Positions 45,416 to 58,689 of a stretch of 64,000 bases of DNA are shown here, piece after piece. A model generated the notes under the pieces. It was given only the letters and a program-made list of their open reading frames with translations. It ran no database searches and was not told the origin of the DNA. Each line of letters begins with the position of its first letter. Position 1 is the stretch's first letter. The stretch lies in NCBI GenBank assembly GCA_051942205.1, contig JAVECO010000004.1, positions 62,001 to 126,000 of the forward strand. The letters run 5' to 3'. The translations under genes and the position numbers were made by a program. The stretch comes from Coniocarpon cinnabarinum. Its lineage: Eukaryota.

Positions 45416-47926
45416 ATGGCCCAAGCAGAGCAGCCGCTGGCCAAACGCGCCAGACGTGAAGGGAGGTGTAACTCCTACTTGCATTTTGTATCAGGTATGC
45501 GTCCGCCTCTATCACAAGCCACACTGCGCCAATTCGCTAGGTACACTCGAAAAGTTGATGCCAGGGATACCAAAGCTGTCCCTGCGCGCGTTGTCTGGCT
45601 TGCGCTATCATAATTCTGACCTTCTGCCAGTTGCGGCCCACTCGGCCATGGGGCTAAGGATTGGCGATGACGAGACTTATAAGTTCCATCCGCCTGTAGC
45701 GCCTCAAAGATCACGTTCGAACCGAAAGTCGCCCTTCACATCACGTCGAAAGAACAACGAATCAATCGACACAGGGCAAGGCCGATCTACAAAATCAGCA
45801 GCTTCAGACCTCAAGGGGTTCATTCTTCATTTTGCATCGAATGCGACAAGCGCGCAGACGACAACTTACAACAGTAGTGACTCGACGCCACAAGCGTCGA
45901 TTGGCAGCAGACCTGCCTCACAGGCGTCCTTTACGCCCAGCATGTCCAGCCATAGTGGGGATATGCATTCCAGGAAATGGTGGTTGAACCGCAATCATCG
46001 GCTGAAAGAGTCAAGTAAGAGTGGTCGCCAGACGCCGGCTTTGCTGCAACGCGCTCCGAATATGGATATCTGGGTTGGCAAGGAGCACAAGCATCATAAT
46101 CACGCTGGTGGTGAGAAAAAAATCTTATCACTGTCGAATGGGAGAATCAGGCTGACTTCTACCTAGAGCCAACAGCAGGTAATATCTCAGAGCCATACAA
46201 CTTCCAACATCACATGCATGTACAGCCACACCAAGTGCGACAACTGGCGAATGCCAGCGAGAACGAGCTTGTTGCTGAGTTCTCCGCGATGAGAGCTGCT
46301 CAAGATGCAAAACATCCTCACATGGCGGCGAATGGTAGATCAGCGCCGTCTCGATGTTCCTACATGGCATTGACCCAATCGGTGCCCACTTCTTTCCAAG
46401 TCACAGCGCGCTCTTCCATGCATGCGCCCGAGCCTGTTTCTCCCCGCAGTGACCAGGGTGTACACTACAAAGGCTCGAAAGGTAGCTTCTCGATCCCTTT
46501 CAGGGACGGAAGATCTCCTAGACTTCACCAACAGCCCTCGATAGATTCGCAAAAACCCATGACAGTGTCAGAGGACACAATTATGGAAGACGCGGCTACT
46601 CAGGTACCGACTCCGCCAGTCATAGCGCCCGCACAAACATCGTCCAACACACAACCAATACCGACGAAGTCACCTTCGCAGCGCCCCAACAATCCTCGAG
46701 CGGGAAATCTTTGCGCGCAATGCCACTCCAAAGTGATAGAACCGGACGAGATTCTTTCTGAGCTAGAGGGCTCCCCGGTCGATGAAAAGCCTTTACAAGA
46801 TATCGGCTTCGTCGCACAGTCTAATCCCATGCAAGCTTCGAGCCTAGATCATGAGTCACCTACTGGAGCCCATGATGAGGATCACCAATTCAAGGAACTC
46901 AGCCCGGAGCCGAGATGTCGACCACAATTCGCCGAACTCCGTCCGCAAGCCCAACCGAAGCCTTTTCTCCGTCTGCTGGACCAAGACGAGGTTCGCGTGT
47001 CAATGAATAGGTCTTCCATCAACGGCGGACTCTTTTCCTCTTGGGCAGCTGCGTCAGAATCGAGCGATGACGACAATCCTTCCCCTGCGCCTGGAACCCA
47101 ACAACAAGGACCGTCTCCACAACAGCGCATTGCGAATCGTCTGAAGCAACGCGGGACGAAGGCGACGAAAGCGCAGCCGAAGTATCGTGCGCCGCCAACA
47201 CCACCTCCCGTTCTGCCACTACCAAGCGTACCTTTAAACCAACCGCCGTTGAACAAGCCCAAGCCGAGTGGCTACCCGAGGCACGCGTCGCGGGAAAAGC
47301 TCAAGGATTTCGCGGTCATTGAAGAAGAGGAAGAAACTGTACCCGAAGAAGTTCCGGACGCACCTGCTATCGCGCCTGTGATTGGGCGTCGGCCAAGTAT
47401 CAAGAATGTCAGGTTCAAGAGCGACGAGTCGCTCATCGAGGGCGAGGTTCAAGAACAAGTGCATCGTGTGCAGGAGAGCCTAGATGATTTGCAAGAAAAC
47501 TTGTCACGTCTCGAGGTCGATCTTTCTCGTCGGCCATCTCATTCCAAGCATAAACGCACTCCTTCTGGCTCATCCAAGCATTCTCACAAGAGTTCGGACT
47601 CCTCTCAAGGCTCCTCCACGCGTCACAGGAGCACGAGGACGTACAGTCCCAGCTCCCACCGTCGACGCAGGACCAACTCGAGCAGCGGCAACAAACCGCA
47701 AGCGTTTCCTGAGCGTCGCAGCTCGCGAGGCGCGGCACTTGCGAATCAATATGCTCGGTCAAAAGCCATTGGAAGTCAACTCGGTTCGCCACCAGCGATA
47801 TCTCCAAAAGTTCGCGGTCCCCTTCCCCCACTTCCATCTCCTGCAAACCCACCTCCCGTCGGAAAAGACGAACGTCACTACAGTACCGGGTCTGCCACCA
47901 TACCGGCAAGCATTGCCGTACAGTGA
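45416..47926 (+). CDS. CRIB-motif-containing, largely disordered Pro/Ser-rich protein (exons 45416-45494?, 45541-46110, 46167-47926; alternative start ATG 45558)
   Basis: Intron 46111-46166 (GTGAGA..GCTGAC..TAG) joins two ORFs and exposes ISEPYNFQHHMHV, which matches the CRIB consensus ISxPxxFxHxxHV, followed by ENELVAEFSAMRAAQ. The first intron lacks a canonical branch site. Confidence 0.8.
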
Positions 47927-48859
47927 CTCGTTCCTTCCTCCTCGTGCGACAAGCCAATGGACTTGCCTGCAAAGCAATCCATGACCATTAATGAAGCCTC
48001 TAGCGCAATGTAAGGAGAGGCACCAGCTAGCAGCTGACGGCCTGTATGGTGCGCCGAGACTTGATATGTAATATGTTGATACCCCATACCTAGTGTTAAA
48101 TATCTGGCCGAAGTGGCAACGAGACTTCGCAGCGAGTATGACGACGTCCTTCACTGTGACGTGTCGACATGCGACGACATGCGTGCCTTGCCACTTTTGG
48201 CTCGATCTGCTGAGTTGTCTCCCTTCTTGAGTGTGATGACAAGACAAAGCGCCCCCTTTGTTTGGCTGTTTAAGCGTCCAATGGGTCATGATTCGTGAGC
48301 TCTGTAGAACCTGGGTCGGGGTGTAGTCATGTCTTTCTGGACCAGACCCTGATACGAGTGGAGTGTGTCGTTACCAGTAGCCAAACTCAAAACCACCTTC
48401 TCTAGCAATGATACTGCCAGCTCGTTTGTGCTCGCTTGGCTCGCGTACTCTATTAATGCTGCTCTACTGGTTGCTTACAGGTAGACTGTGGTGTGCCTCC
48501 CCTCCTCAGTCAATAAGAGTGTATGATTGGAGAGATTGAGATATCTATATGTCTATCAACCCTTTCATATCTGCCAGAGAACTTTGGGAAACATACTGCA
48601 CATCTGGACGTTTCGAGGCTGACCAAGTTGCTCGTACCCCGCCGAATTGTACTATGTAAGTAACGAAATGGTATGAATCGCACGTGGAAAAGATAGATTG
48701 GACGCTGGCCATGATGACACCGTATTGGACAAAAAAATGACAATGCTTAAGGTCACTCCTCTCGGCTCCGAACTGAAGAGACTGTGCTTCCACCATGTCT
48801 CTATACCGGGACTCTGTCTTTAGAAAATTCTTGGGACCATTCACCTTCGATCGCTCCCC

Positions 48860-49327
48860 CTACGGGGCAGTCTTTTCTGGCTCTTTCTTCTGCTTCTCAG
48901 ACTTCTCAGGGCCGTACTTCTCGAGAAAGTTGTTCAATACCTGCTCATGATCTGTGGTCCTCTGATTGGAATACCAGGGATCACGCATGCCTATGCCTTT
49001 CAGCTCGCGCTTTGGTTTGTCGATCCAGTGCGATCGTTTTTGAGCCGTCAAGCCCATGCGACAGCGCAGCTGCGCCACATTCTTCTCCGTCTTCAGATGT
49101 GGGTGGTCCTTTGAGATAATCAGGTTGTTCTCGTTGGCAAACTTCTTTATACACGGCACCCAGGTCTTCTCAATATCCTCAACTTTCATGGTTCTGCTGT
49201 CTACAGCTGTCGTAGCGTCAGCCGATGCTGGAGGGATGTGCGAACAGGGTTTCGCATACTAACCGAAAGTGACGATGCCCAGGACCCAGAAAGACACGCA
49301 GACGCTCGTCTCTGAGGATTCGCCCAT
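48860..49327 (-). CDS. Small two-exon orphan protein (~134 aa; exons 49327-49264 and 49200-48860)
   Basis: Intron 49263-49201 (GTTAGT..GCTGAC..TAG) joins MGESSETSVCVSFWVLGIVTF in frame to DSRTMKVEDIEKTW... No family recognised. Confidence 0.6.
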
Positions 49328-50247
49328 TGGGACTATGTTATGTACCCTACTACTGTCCCCCAATGCTTCAATTATTTCCCAAAGATAGTATTTGCAACAG
49401 GTTCGCAGGTGCAAAACATCTGCATCTCGGCCCCTGGGAGCGACACGTCGACATAACGTACGACGATAGATCGATCCCAATCATCGTTACACGTGTGCAA
49501 ATGGGTCAGCCCTGAAGAACACATGTCAGAGTCGCTACAGAAACCTTGAAAAGCAGTGTATGAGTCAGCTGATGGGGCATATCTCAATCAGGATTGCTGA
49601 CACAGTGACGAAAGGCTTAGGGGGCGAAGAGTCTGGCGTGAACGAGGTAGCGATTCTTCTTGCAAAGCAGCGATCCCTATTAAATAGAAACTCCTACTCA
49701 ACCGCAACTTTCATCAGCAGCAGCAGCTCCTCCTGTGGAGTAGAAAAGAAAAGCAGCGAAAAGCAGTAGAAAGTAACTCCGTACATCTACTAGACTATGA
49801 TGATCTTAGTGTCAAAATGCGCCGACATGCTTGGCTTGCCTGTGCCCGCTCGGTCTCTTGAGTTGTCTGGCTTCTTATTGACGATGACGACCGATCGTCT
49901 GAAGCGACTCCTTTGTTTGGTGTTTGGCTAATGTAAGCGCCCATTGGAGGGCGGCATGATTCGTGAGATCTGCAGTACCCTGGTTGGCGGCGGTTGCTAG
50001 GGGAAGGCCTTTTTGTTTGCGCACGGTCTTTGCATCTCTTACCTCCGCTGCCCTTCTGGACTCCCACGGCTTCTGTTGCCAGCGATGCTTCACAACGGTC
50101 TGCACAATACCTCCATCATGCAGTGACGCATGTGCACATGTCGCTTCACTACTACATTTGAGTTTTCACCTGTTTGAAGGCTGATCTCGTATCAGCATCC
50201 CACATATTCTCGTTCGCTTCCTCGCATGACCCCACCTTGTCTGAACA

Positions 50248-52410
50248 ATGGCACACCTCCTGGACACGCAATGGGTCCGGACGCAGGAAAAAACCTTTGC
50301 TAGATGGTACGATTCTAGACACTGAAAAATGACTCAAAGCCACGCTGCTCACAAGTCGTATTCAGGCTCAACAGCAAGCTGCACACACGCGAATTGAATA
50401 TCAATGACATTGTAAAGGACCTTTCGGATGGTGTAAGATGCACTACTTTCGTCCAACGAGCAGCGGTGATACTGACAATATGTTGAGGTGATACTCATTC
50501 ACCTCCTGGAGATTCTCAGTCAGGAGTCATTGGGCCGATATGCGGCGAAGCCGAAGCTTCGGGTTCAGCGCTTTGAAAATGTCAACATTGCGCTTGATTT
50601 TATCCGTTCACACAGCGTCCAGATGACGAACATTGGAGCCGAGGATGTCGTAGATGGCAATCGAAAGATCATTCTCGGATTAATTTGGACCCTGATTCTT
50701 CGCTTCACAATTAGTGACATCAACGAAGAAGGGTTGAGCGCAAAGGAAGGCCTTTTGCTATGGTGTCAAAGAAAGACGGCATGCTATGATGAGGTCAAGG
50801 TGGCCGATTTTGGAGCAAGCTGGAACGACGGGCTCGCTTTGTGAGTTCATCATACGCCCCCGACTGTGGGTAACCCGATGCCTTGAAAATTACTAAACAT
50901 AGCGATAGCTGCGCCCTCCTCGATATCCACCGACCAGATCTCATTGATTATGATCAGCTTGACAAGAGTGATCACAAGGGCAATATGCAGTTAGCATTCG
51001 ACATCGCCAGCAAAGAGATTGGGATACCAGACCTGCTGGACGTCGAAGACGTGTGCGATGTTTCTAAGCCTGATGAGCGCTCGCTGATGACCTACATTGC
51101 CTATTGGTTCCACGCATTTTCGCAGATGGAGAAGGTCGAGAACGCAGGACGCCGAGTGGAGAAGTTTGTTCAGAATATGCAAGGGACGTGGGAAATGGAG
51201 AACTCCTATGAAAGACGCATGCGTGAACTGATGAAGCAGATTGCGGCACAGAAACAGGGATGGCAAGAAGCGACCTTTGACCGCACATATGCTGATGCAA
51301 AGCGTCAAGCCAGCGAATTTACTACATACAAGCGATCGCAGAAGCGGAAGTGGATAGCGGAGAAGTCAGATCTTGTGACGCTACTGGGAAACATAAAGAC
51401 GAAGCTGAATACGTATCGCCTAAGACGCTATGAGCCTCCGCGAGAATTAAGCATGGAAGCACTCGACCAGGCGTGGACGATTCTGATGCGAGCAGAGCAT
51501 GATCGAAGCCGACTCATCAACGAGACCATCCGCGACATCAAAAACGCGCTGAAGAAGGCTTACGCCGATAAAGCTAACGATTTGGCTCTGACAATCAGCA
51601 CACTTTCTGCAAATATCTCGGGCCTCGAAGGGGATGTTGCGGAGCAGTTGCAGATGACGAAACGTCTCAATCGAAACCTGGAGCCACTCGATAAATATAT
51701 AGAGGAGGTCAACCGCATCAATCGGCAGTGTGAAGAAGCCAACATTGAAGAGAATGACTTCACAACATATTCCTATGATGAGCTAGAGTACGAGCTGGAT
51801 CTCGTCAAGTCTGCCGTCAGCAAGAAGCTCGCGTTTCTCGAAAATCAAATGGTGGCCCGCAACATGACGAATTTGACTCCCATTCAACTGGAAGAATTTG
51901 AATCTGTTTTCAGACATTTTGACAAAGACTTGAGTAATACTCTTCAAGAGATGGAGTTTTCAGCGGCTCTAGCGAGTTTGGGACTGGCATATGACGAGGA
52001 AGAGATGCACACAAAGTTTCTGCAGACTAGTGGCGGCCGCAACAGTGTCTCTTTTGAGCAGTTCATCAGGTTCATGGTCGCACAAACAGAGGATCAAAAC
52101 TCGGCGGTGCAGGTTTTCGAGTCGTTCAAAGAGGTTGCCGATGGCAAGGTGAGTCTCCGCATCTGCGCGTGTCTTCGTTTATGTGTGCAAAGCTGACATG
52201 GGCTTACAGCCATATGTGACGGAGCTGGACCTGCGGCATTCGTTGATACCTGATGAGCTCATTGAAGACCTGGTGAAAACGATGCCTGCACATCAGGGGC
52301 CTGATCTTCAAGAGGACAGGGATCTACCAAAGTACGACTACGTCAGCTTCATGAACAAATTGATGGACGAGGAGAATGCGACGAAGAAGCAGTTGAACGG
52401 GCACCGGTAA
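50248..52410 (+). CDS. ain1: Alpha-actinin (2 CH domains, spectrin repeats, EF-hands; 5 exons)
   Basis: QEKTFARW|LNSKL, LSDG|VILIHLLEIL, DVVDGNRKIILGLIWTLILRF, KEGLLLWCQRKT, PDERSLMTY and the EF-hand FRHFDKD. Confidence 0.95.
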
Positions 52411-53674
52411 TGCTCTGTGGTGGGACAACTTTGGATTGGGCACGTGATGAATTTAGCGTCGGTGTTGAGGAGCAAGGACTACATTCTCGGGACGCAAATG
52501 CTGCGGTAATTGCGACTTTGTAGGAACAGTCGCCGGCGTGAATTGGGTACGAAGCCGTAGCATGGCAGCGGAAGCAATGTGCATAATTATTGGGACAATG
52601 AATGATGAAGTGAATGTACAGGCTATGGGCTACATTCGGAAGCACGATGACGCAGCAGCGTTGACCTGCCCATGCCATACTGGGAGGCTCGTGCGTGTGA
52701 CTCGAAGCATCAAGATATGCTCTGGAAGACGGCGGATGCAGGACTGCGATCTGTACCGTGCAGAAATGGTGAAACAAGGGCGATCAGGAAGCGCACATGT
52801 GGCGTTTCAGCCGGGGGTGACCCATGAGTCGCGGGGACGCGGGGTTGCCCGTAATCAAGTCCTGAACAGGGAGTGAGAGACGAGGGTGCGTCAGGGCAGT
52901 CGTCATCAAGATGACCCGATGGACTCCATCCTTTGCAAGGCTCAATGCAACCCCCGGCTGAGCACGAGTATCGAGCATCGATCATCGATAGGTGAAGGGG
53001 TGAGGGCACGCATTGTTTGGGTCGGGGAAGGAAAAACAAGGTTAGTGGCTGGATCGGGACTAGTGCGGGCAGAGGCAGGGTCCATGACTAGTGGGCTCCA
53101 CTCGAGTTTTTGCAGCAGCTTCGACTTCAGCCCATCGCTCGTCTCTCGCTCGTCCTCACTCCGTCTCAATCCTATCCACGCCCTTCTATGCCCTCATCGA
53201 CAACACTCCTCCCTGAGATCGTGTGCGGGCCCTGCTGCTCGAGTCGCCGAAGCGCATCCACGACCGCCGCCGCATCCAGTGTCAAAGACAGCCCGGCAAA
53301 CTCTGCCCGGCTGCGGTCAAAGTCAACGGCCCCTCGCCAGGGTGCCGCATTTCTCAGGCCTCCACGTCTCACGCCTCTCACTTGCTCACCTTGTCTCCAT
53401 TCATTCCGACCTCGCTTTCACACTCCTTCTGCACCAGCCTGGGATCCTTATTCCTTCTTCTCGACACCCTCGCTCATCATTCCAACCTTCATTTCACAGC
53501 CCGCTGCTCTACCGCGCTGACGCGCCTCTTATTACCCGACAAACCCTCGACCGCGCACCGTATCTACGAGGACCACTCGCCTGAGCCCCGCGTTACCGCG
53601 GCCAGCGTGGCGCCGAGCTTTCAGAGCGTCGACGCCCGCTATCCTCGGGAGCAATAAACTCACTCAGCTTCGCC

Positions 53675-56542
53675 ATGGCGTCTCAGAAGCCTCAGTAAGT
53701 TCTTCCGCTTTTGTGTTCTCAAGCCTGCTGCACGTGGAACCCGTCGTAAAAGTTGACCGTTCCTGAAACGTCTGCCCCGCCTTTCCCCGTGGCCGTGTAC
53801 GCGCGACTACCCGCATTCATGGCCATCCGTCGACCTTCTCTCGACCCCACTGAGGCCATTACCATGCTGACTGCTATTCTTCCCAGAATCTACTCCAACG
53901 AGACCTTCATGAATCCGGGACCAGCTCCCCGGCCACCTGGCCAGGGCGGGAGTCAGCCTCGTCTAAATTACACACCAGTCACATATGGCGTTCCAGGGAA
54001 CTCGTCCGCCCATAGTCTCAACTCTATCTCGACGCTTCGCCCGAATCCATCACAATCATCTCTCACAGAGCTCGCGCGTCGCGACACCTCAAGCAGTGGG
54101 GGCGCTCTCAGCGTGATCAAGGAGGGCCCGGTGTATGTCAAGGATGACGGCTTCATCAGTGGCCTCATCAATTCCAAGAAGCACCTTGTCCTCCGTGAGC
54201 GCCAGCTGGACTTCCACAAAGCCAGCAACGCGACGAAAGTGTCGCTTACTATTCTTCTCAAGGACGTCTCGCATGTCACGCGCGCAGAGTCTGGACAAGC
54301 CTTTGAGATCTCTCGATTTACCAACGGCCAGCCAAATGGTCGGGAGGAACTCAAGGCCGCTTCTGTGAAAACAGTCACCTGTAGAGTCGATTCTGAAGAA
54401 GATTTGTATTCCTGGATCGACAACATTTACGAGCGTTGTCCCAATATGGGCGGGGTGAGTAACCCCACCGATTTTACGCATCAAGTTCACGTGGGTTTTG
54501 ATGCGACAAGCGGCGCCTTCACTGGTTTACCAGATGAGTGGGAGCGCTTGCTTACCAATTCGGCAATCACTAAGGATGATTACCAAAAAAACCCACGTGC
54601 TGTCATCGAAGTGCTGAACTTTTACACGGAACAAATGGCACCACAGAGCCAACCCGCTCCGCCGATGAGCGCTATCGGACCGTATCCTCGCATACAAAAT
54701 CAGTTCAGCGCTGGGACATCCATCGCACCACCGCGTCCGACGGGTCCCAATGGTTTCGCGCGTCAGGACAGCTATGGCGCCCCTACACCCCGCGCGCAGT
54801 CCCCCGCCGGCTCACGCAAGCCAACAATCACCGAATCGCCGATCAGCCCAATGAACGCGAACGACTATGCATTGGATCGCGCCGAGCAAGATCGGCGACG
54901 TCGAGAGGAGGAACTGCGCCGGGAGCGTGCAGACCGCGATCGGCGAGACCAAGAGCGACGTCGCGAAGAGGAGCGTCGCCGACGGGAGCGGGAGGAACAG
55001 GCAGCGTACAATGCTTCCATACCACAAACTCGTCAGCCCATCGCCAAACAGGAAATTGGTGGTGGTTATTCCCGCGACGAGTCGGACCGTTGGCAACCAG
55101 CCCGGCAACCACCTCAACCTCCAAGCTCACGCAATGGCAATGCAGCCAGCCAACCACCAGCAGGGTCATTGCGACATCAGACCCCAAATCACCATGGCCA
55201 GCAGCAGCAGCGCGCTGCGCCCAGTGTTAACGGACGGTCAACAGAATCACCTCGGACATACGCGTCAAACTCGCAGCGGCAACGCTCGCCCAGTCAGCCT
55301 AAGAACGCACAGGTGAACGGAGCCGGGTCCGGCCGCATTCCAGTGAAACCCAGCACTGGGGATTCGCAGCGACCACAACAACCTCAACCATCACAATCCA
55401 ACTCGCAGCCGAAGCCTTTGAACGTGACTGTCAAGCAGCCAACGGGTCCTGCCGCGGTCGCTGAGGCTGCGCGAAGCCTCGAAGGTGATGGAGCCGCTCC
55501 GCCGCGCGCCGAACCCAGAAAGGAAGCGCGCATGTCGTCCATGACAGAGGCCGAGGTTATGAACAGGCTTCGCGAGGTTGTCTCAAAGGAGAGTCCATCG
55601 ACCTCGTACAGCAAGTCCAAGAAGATTGGACAGGGCGCCTCGGGGTCAGTCTACGTCGCCCGTGTCAAGGAGAATGCGACTTCGAGAGACGCCAGGGACG
55701 TGCTCGCCCAAAGCGGTTCCCGCGCCCAGGTCGCTATCAAGCAAATGGATCTTCGAAATCAGCCCCGCAAGGAGCTTATTGTCAACGAGATCGTGGTCAT
55801 GAAGGATTCCAAGCACCCGAACATTGTCAACTTCATTGAGGCCTTCTTGCCCGAAGACCAGATCGAGCTCTGGGTCGTGATGGAGTTTATGGAGGGTGGA
55901 CCGTTGACAGATGTGATTGATAACAACCAGAGCATTGCTGAGGACCAGATTGCCACCATTTGCAACGAGGTAAGTCGCGTTACCTATATCTTTGGATCGC
56001 AAACTAGCTGACCTTACCTTACCTTTCAGACCTGCAAGGGACTACAGCACCTGCACTCGCAGAACATCATCCACCGTGACATCAAGTCGGACAACGTCCT
56101 TCTCTCCTCGACTGGCGCTGTCAAGATCACCGACTTTGGTTTCTGCGCGAAGCTAACAGAGCAGAAGTCGAAGCGGGCTACCATGGTCGGCACTCCTTAC
56201 TGGATGGCTCCAGAAGTCGTTAAACAAAAGGAGTACGGCAACAAGGTCGACGTTTGGTCTCTTGGAATTATGGCAATCGAAATGATCGAGTCGGAACCGC
56301 CCTACCTCAACGAAGAGCCGCTCAAGGCCTTGTGGCTGATCGCTACTAACGGAACGCCACGCTTGAAGAAGCCGGAGAAGCTTTCGACCCAGCTCAAGGC
56401 CTTCCTGAGCGTCTGTCTCTGCGTCGACGTGCGCAGTCGAGCCACGTCTTCTGAACTCCTCCAGCACGAATTCCTACGCACTGGTTGTCCGAACCAGACT
56501 CTCCTGGAGCTTCTCCGCTTCAGGAAGCAGGGCACCCACTGA
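53675..56542 (+). CDS. CLA4: PAK kinase Cla4 (PH + CRIB + kinase; exons 53675-53694, 53887-55968, 56030-56542)
   Basis: [11 protein letters not shown], a PH domain, [46 protein letters not shown] and [11 protein letters not shown]. Confidence 0.96.
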
Positions 56543-58197
56543 CGGGATGGCTCTGATCTTTCTTTTCTGGCGACACGAGTCGCTATGTGTTGTTGATGTG
56601 CTCTGTACTTTGATGCTGGTGACGTGATTTGTTCGTGGACTGAAGGGCTCAGCGCACTGACGTGATGCCTCCTACCTTGCATGACCGTGATTTTCGTACT
56701 TGCTCGGACTGAAGGGCTGCATGCGCTGCATGCAAGAAAGACAGAAAAAAAAAACCTCTGACATTGACGCGATGTGTTTATTTGCTTGCGCTTTGCTTTT
56801 CAAAATTTGATCTCAGAAAGACAGAAAAAGGTTCCAATGGGGCCATCAACATTGTGGGGGACTACTCGATCACTCCACAGGCAACAGGTCTACTCACACT
56901 CAACTCATCTACCTTCTGTTGCCACCATCGACAATCGAATGTGTCCCCGCCGGACCTTGACTACTACTATGACTACGGGTACCATTGTGTCTACATTTAG
57001 ACCATAATGTTTTTCTACCAAACATGTCACTCCACCTGCACTGAGATCTGAATGCGGTGTCATCGAGAAGACATCTTCTTTGGCGTGTCGGCCATCAAGA
57101 CAACATCGACACGACAACAACGACGCGCATCGCAGCCTCTAATCGCGATCGAATTTACTCCACGCTCGTTTTAGCCGCCCTGAGCCCTGATCGGACTAAC
57201 CCTGACCAACACCGACTCATCGGCGACGCTTTTACAATCCTAATCGCATCATGTCACAGCACGGTATACTTATTACACCACATTACAGATCCACTCCCAC
57301 AACCATGAATCACGAGCACACACTCTCAACACAGCACACTACTACACCACTCCTCATCCACCCCCCTTGGTCTACTTTCGCGTGGTCCACACCTCCCCAC
57401 ATCATCCACTCTCAACACGCACTCGAAGACCGCGACGGCACTGACGGAGGAATGCATCTGGCGTTATTTGCTTTGGCATCATCGGACCTTTTCTTCATCA
57501 CGGAGTTCAAGATGGATGGATTGATGGATTGATGGATCGGAACAATCAACCACGAACAGATCATTTGCATGGCCGACGGCGTTTCAAGTCAAAAAGAGTC
57601 CCCTTCGTGGATCGATACCAGGGTCATGGATTTTTTTTTGTTTGTTACTCTAGCTTTCCCTCTTGGCGGCCTCGTCTGGATACTTGTTTCTTGGACAGCC
57701 TTGCCGGAGGTGCAGAATCTGAATCTCAAAACTTCCCCCCATTTGTGTTGTCTTTGTTTTGCACCTGTGCTTGTGACTGCTGTGCCTGTCTGTCGCGTTC
57801 GCCCTTGCCTGGTGTGTGATGTCTGACTTCAGTTCACGTTGTTTCATCATGCTTACTCAAAGTGCCACTTTACTTGTACTCGTTTGATTCTTCATGCGTG
57901 CATTCAAGCGCTCTGGTGATACATGCCCGCTGCCTTGCGACCTCGCCCATCGCGTGTGCCAACAGCACATCCCTCTCCTAGTCATGATCCGCTGCTTGCA
58001 TGCTCTACAGACACATCTTCAGAACAGAGAGCACGCTTGGACTTTCCACTTGCCTTCCCACTTGGATGAAGTGGACTCCTCTGTACTTCGTTGGCGGATT
58101 CCGCCGGTATCACTATGTGGGAATGTACGACAAGTTGTGTGCCACGGCTCGATTTAGATGTCTACTTCAATGGCACGACCCGCGAAACTCCCGTCAT

Positions 58198-58237
58198 CTA
58201 GTCTAGTCTAGTCTAGTCTAGTCTAGTCTCGTCCAGT
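58198..58237. repeat. (CTAGT)6 microsatellite with two degenerate units
   Basis: Read directly from the sequence. Confidence 0.9.
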
Positions 58238-58583
58238 CTGGCAGAGCTTACACTGCGCCTTGCGGTGGCGAACTCATGACACATTCAATGCGCATTCAAC
58301 GTCGTAGCTTGTCTGTCAGATCGCTCGTCTAGCGGATGTCTTGTCCAATTTTGAATGATTGACAAGTTTAAGTCGTTCAGATTTGAGGGATTGGCTCTAT
58401 TAGCCGTGTATGCGACACTCATTCTTCATTATATGCAAATTTGATCATCTGCAAGCATGATCAGCGTGGCCACTTAACAATATGGCTTGGATACTTATTG
58501 AGAGTTCGAAAGCTGATGGTGAGAGGGCCATGCAATTGAATGGATTGATTGTCTGTGTGGTAAAGTGTGGTATTGCGAACCAA

Positions 58584-58649
58584 TTGGAACACGTGGATTT
58601 GGTGAAGATATTCATTTGGAACACGTGGATTTGGCAAGATATCCATTGG
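58584..58649. repeat. Two-copy ~32-bp direct repeat containing CACGTG
   Basis: TTGGAACACGTGGATTTGG at 58584 and 58616, each followed by a similar AAGATAT(T/C)CAT. Confidence 0.85.
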
Positions 58650-58689
58650 GAATTGTGATGAAGACACGAGAAAGACTTGAAGAAGACGT

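Noticed and set aside
52886..53584. 232-aa ORF upstream of CLA4
   Set aside because: GTG start, overlapping open frames and composition typical of a GC/pyrimidine-rich promoter or 5' UTR.
54452..54460. GGG|GTGAGT donor-like site in CLA4
   Set aside because: It encodes the conserved GVS of the CRIB motif in an uninterrupted frame.
56540..56597. Leaky-looking stop contexts (CLA4 TGA-CGG; also UBC1 TAG-CAA)
   Set aside because: The extensions are short, have no PTS1 or other signal, and lack the TGA-CTA context.
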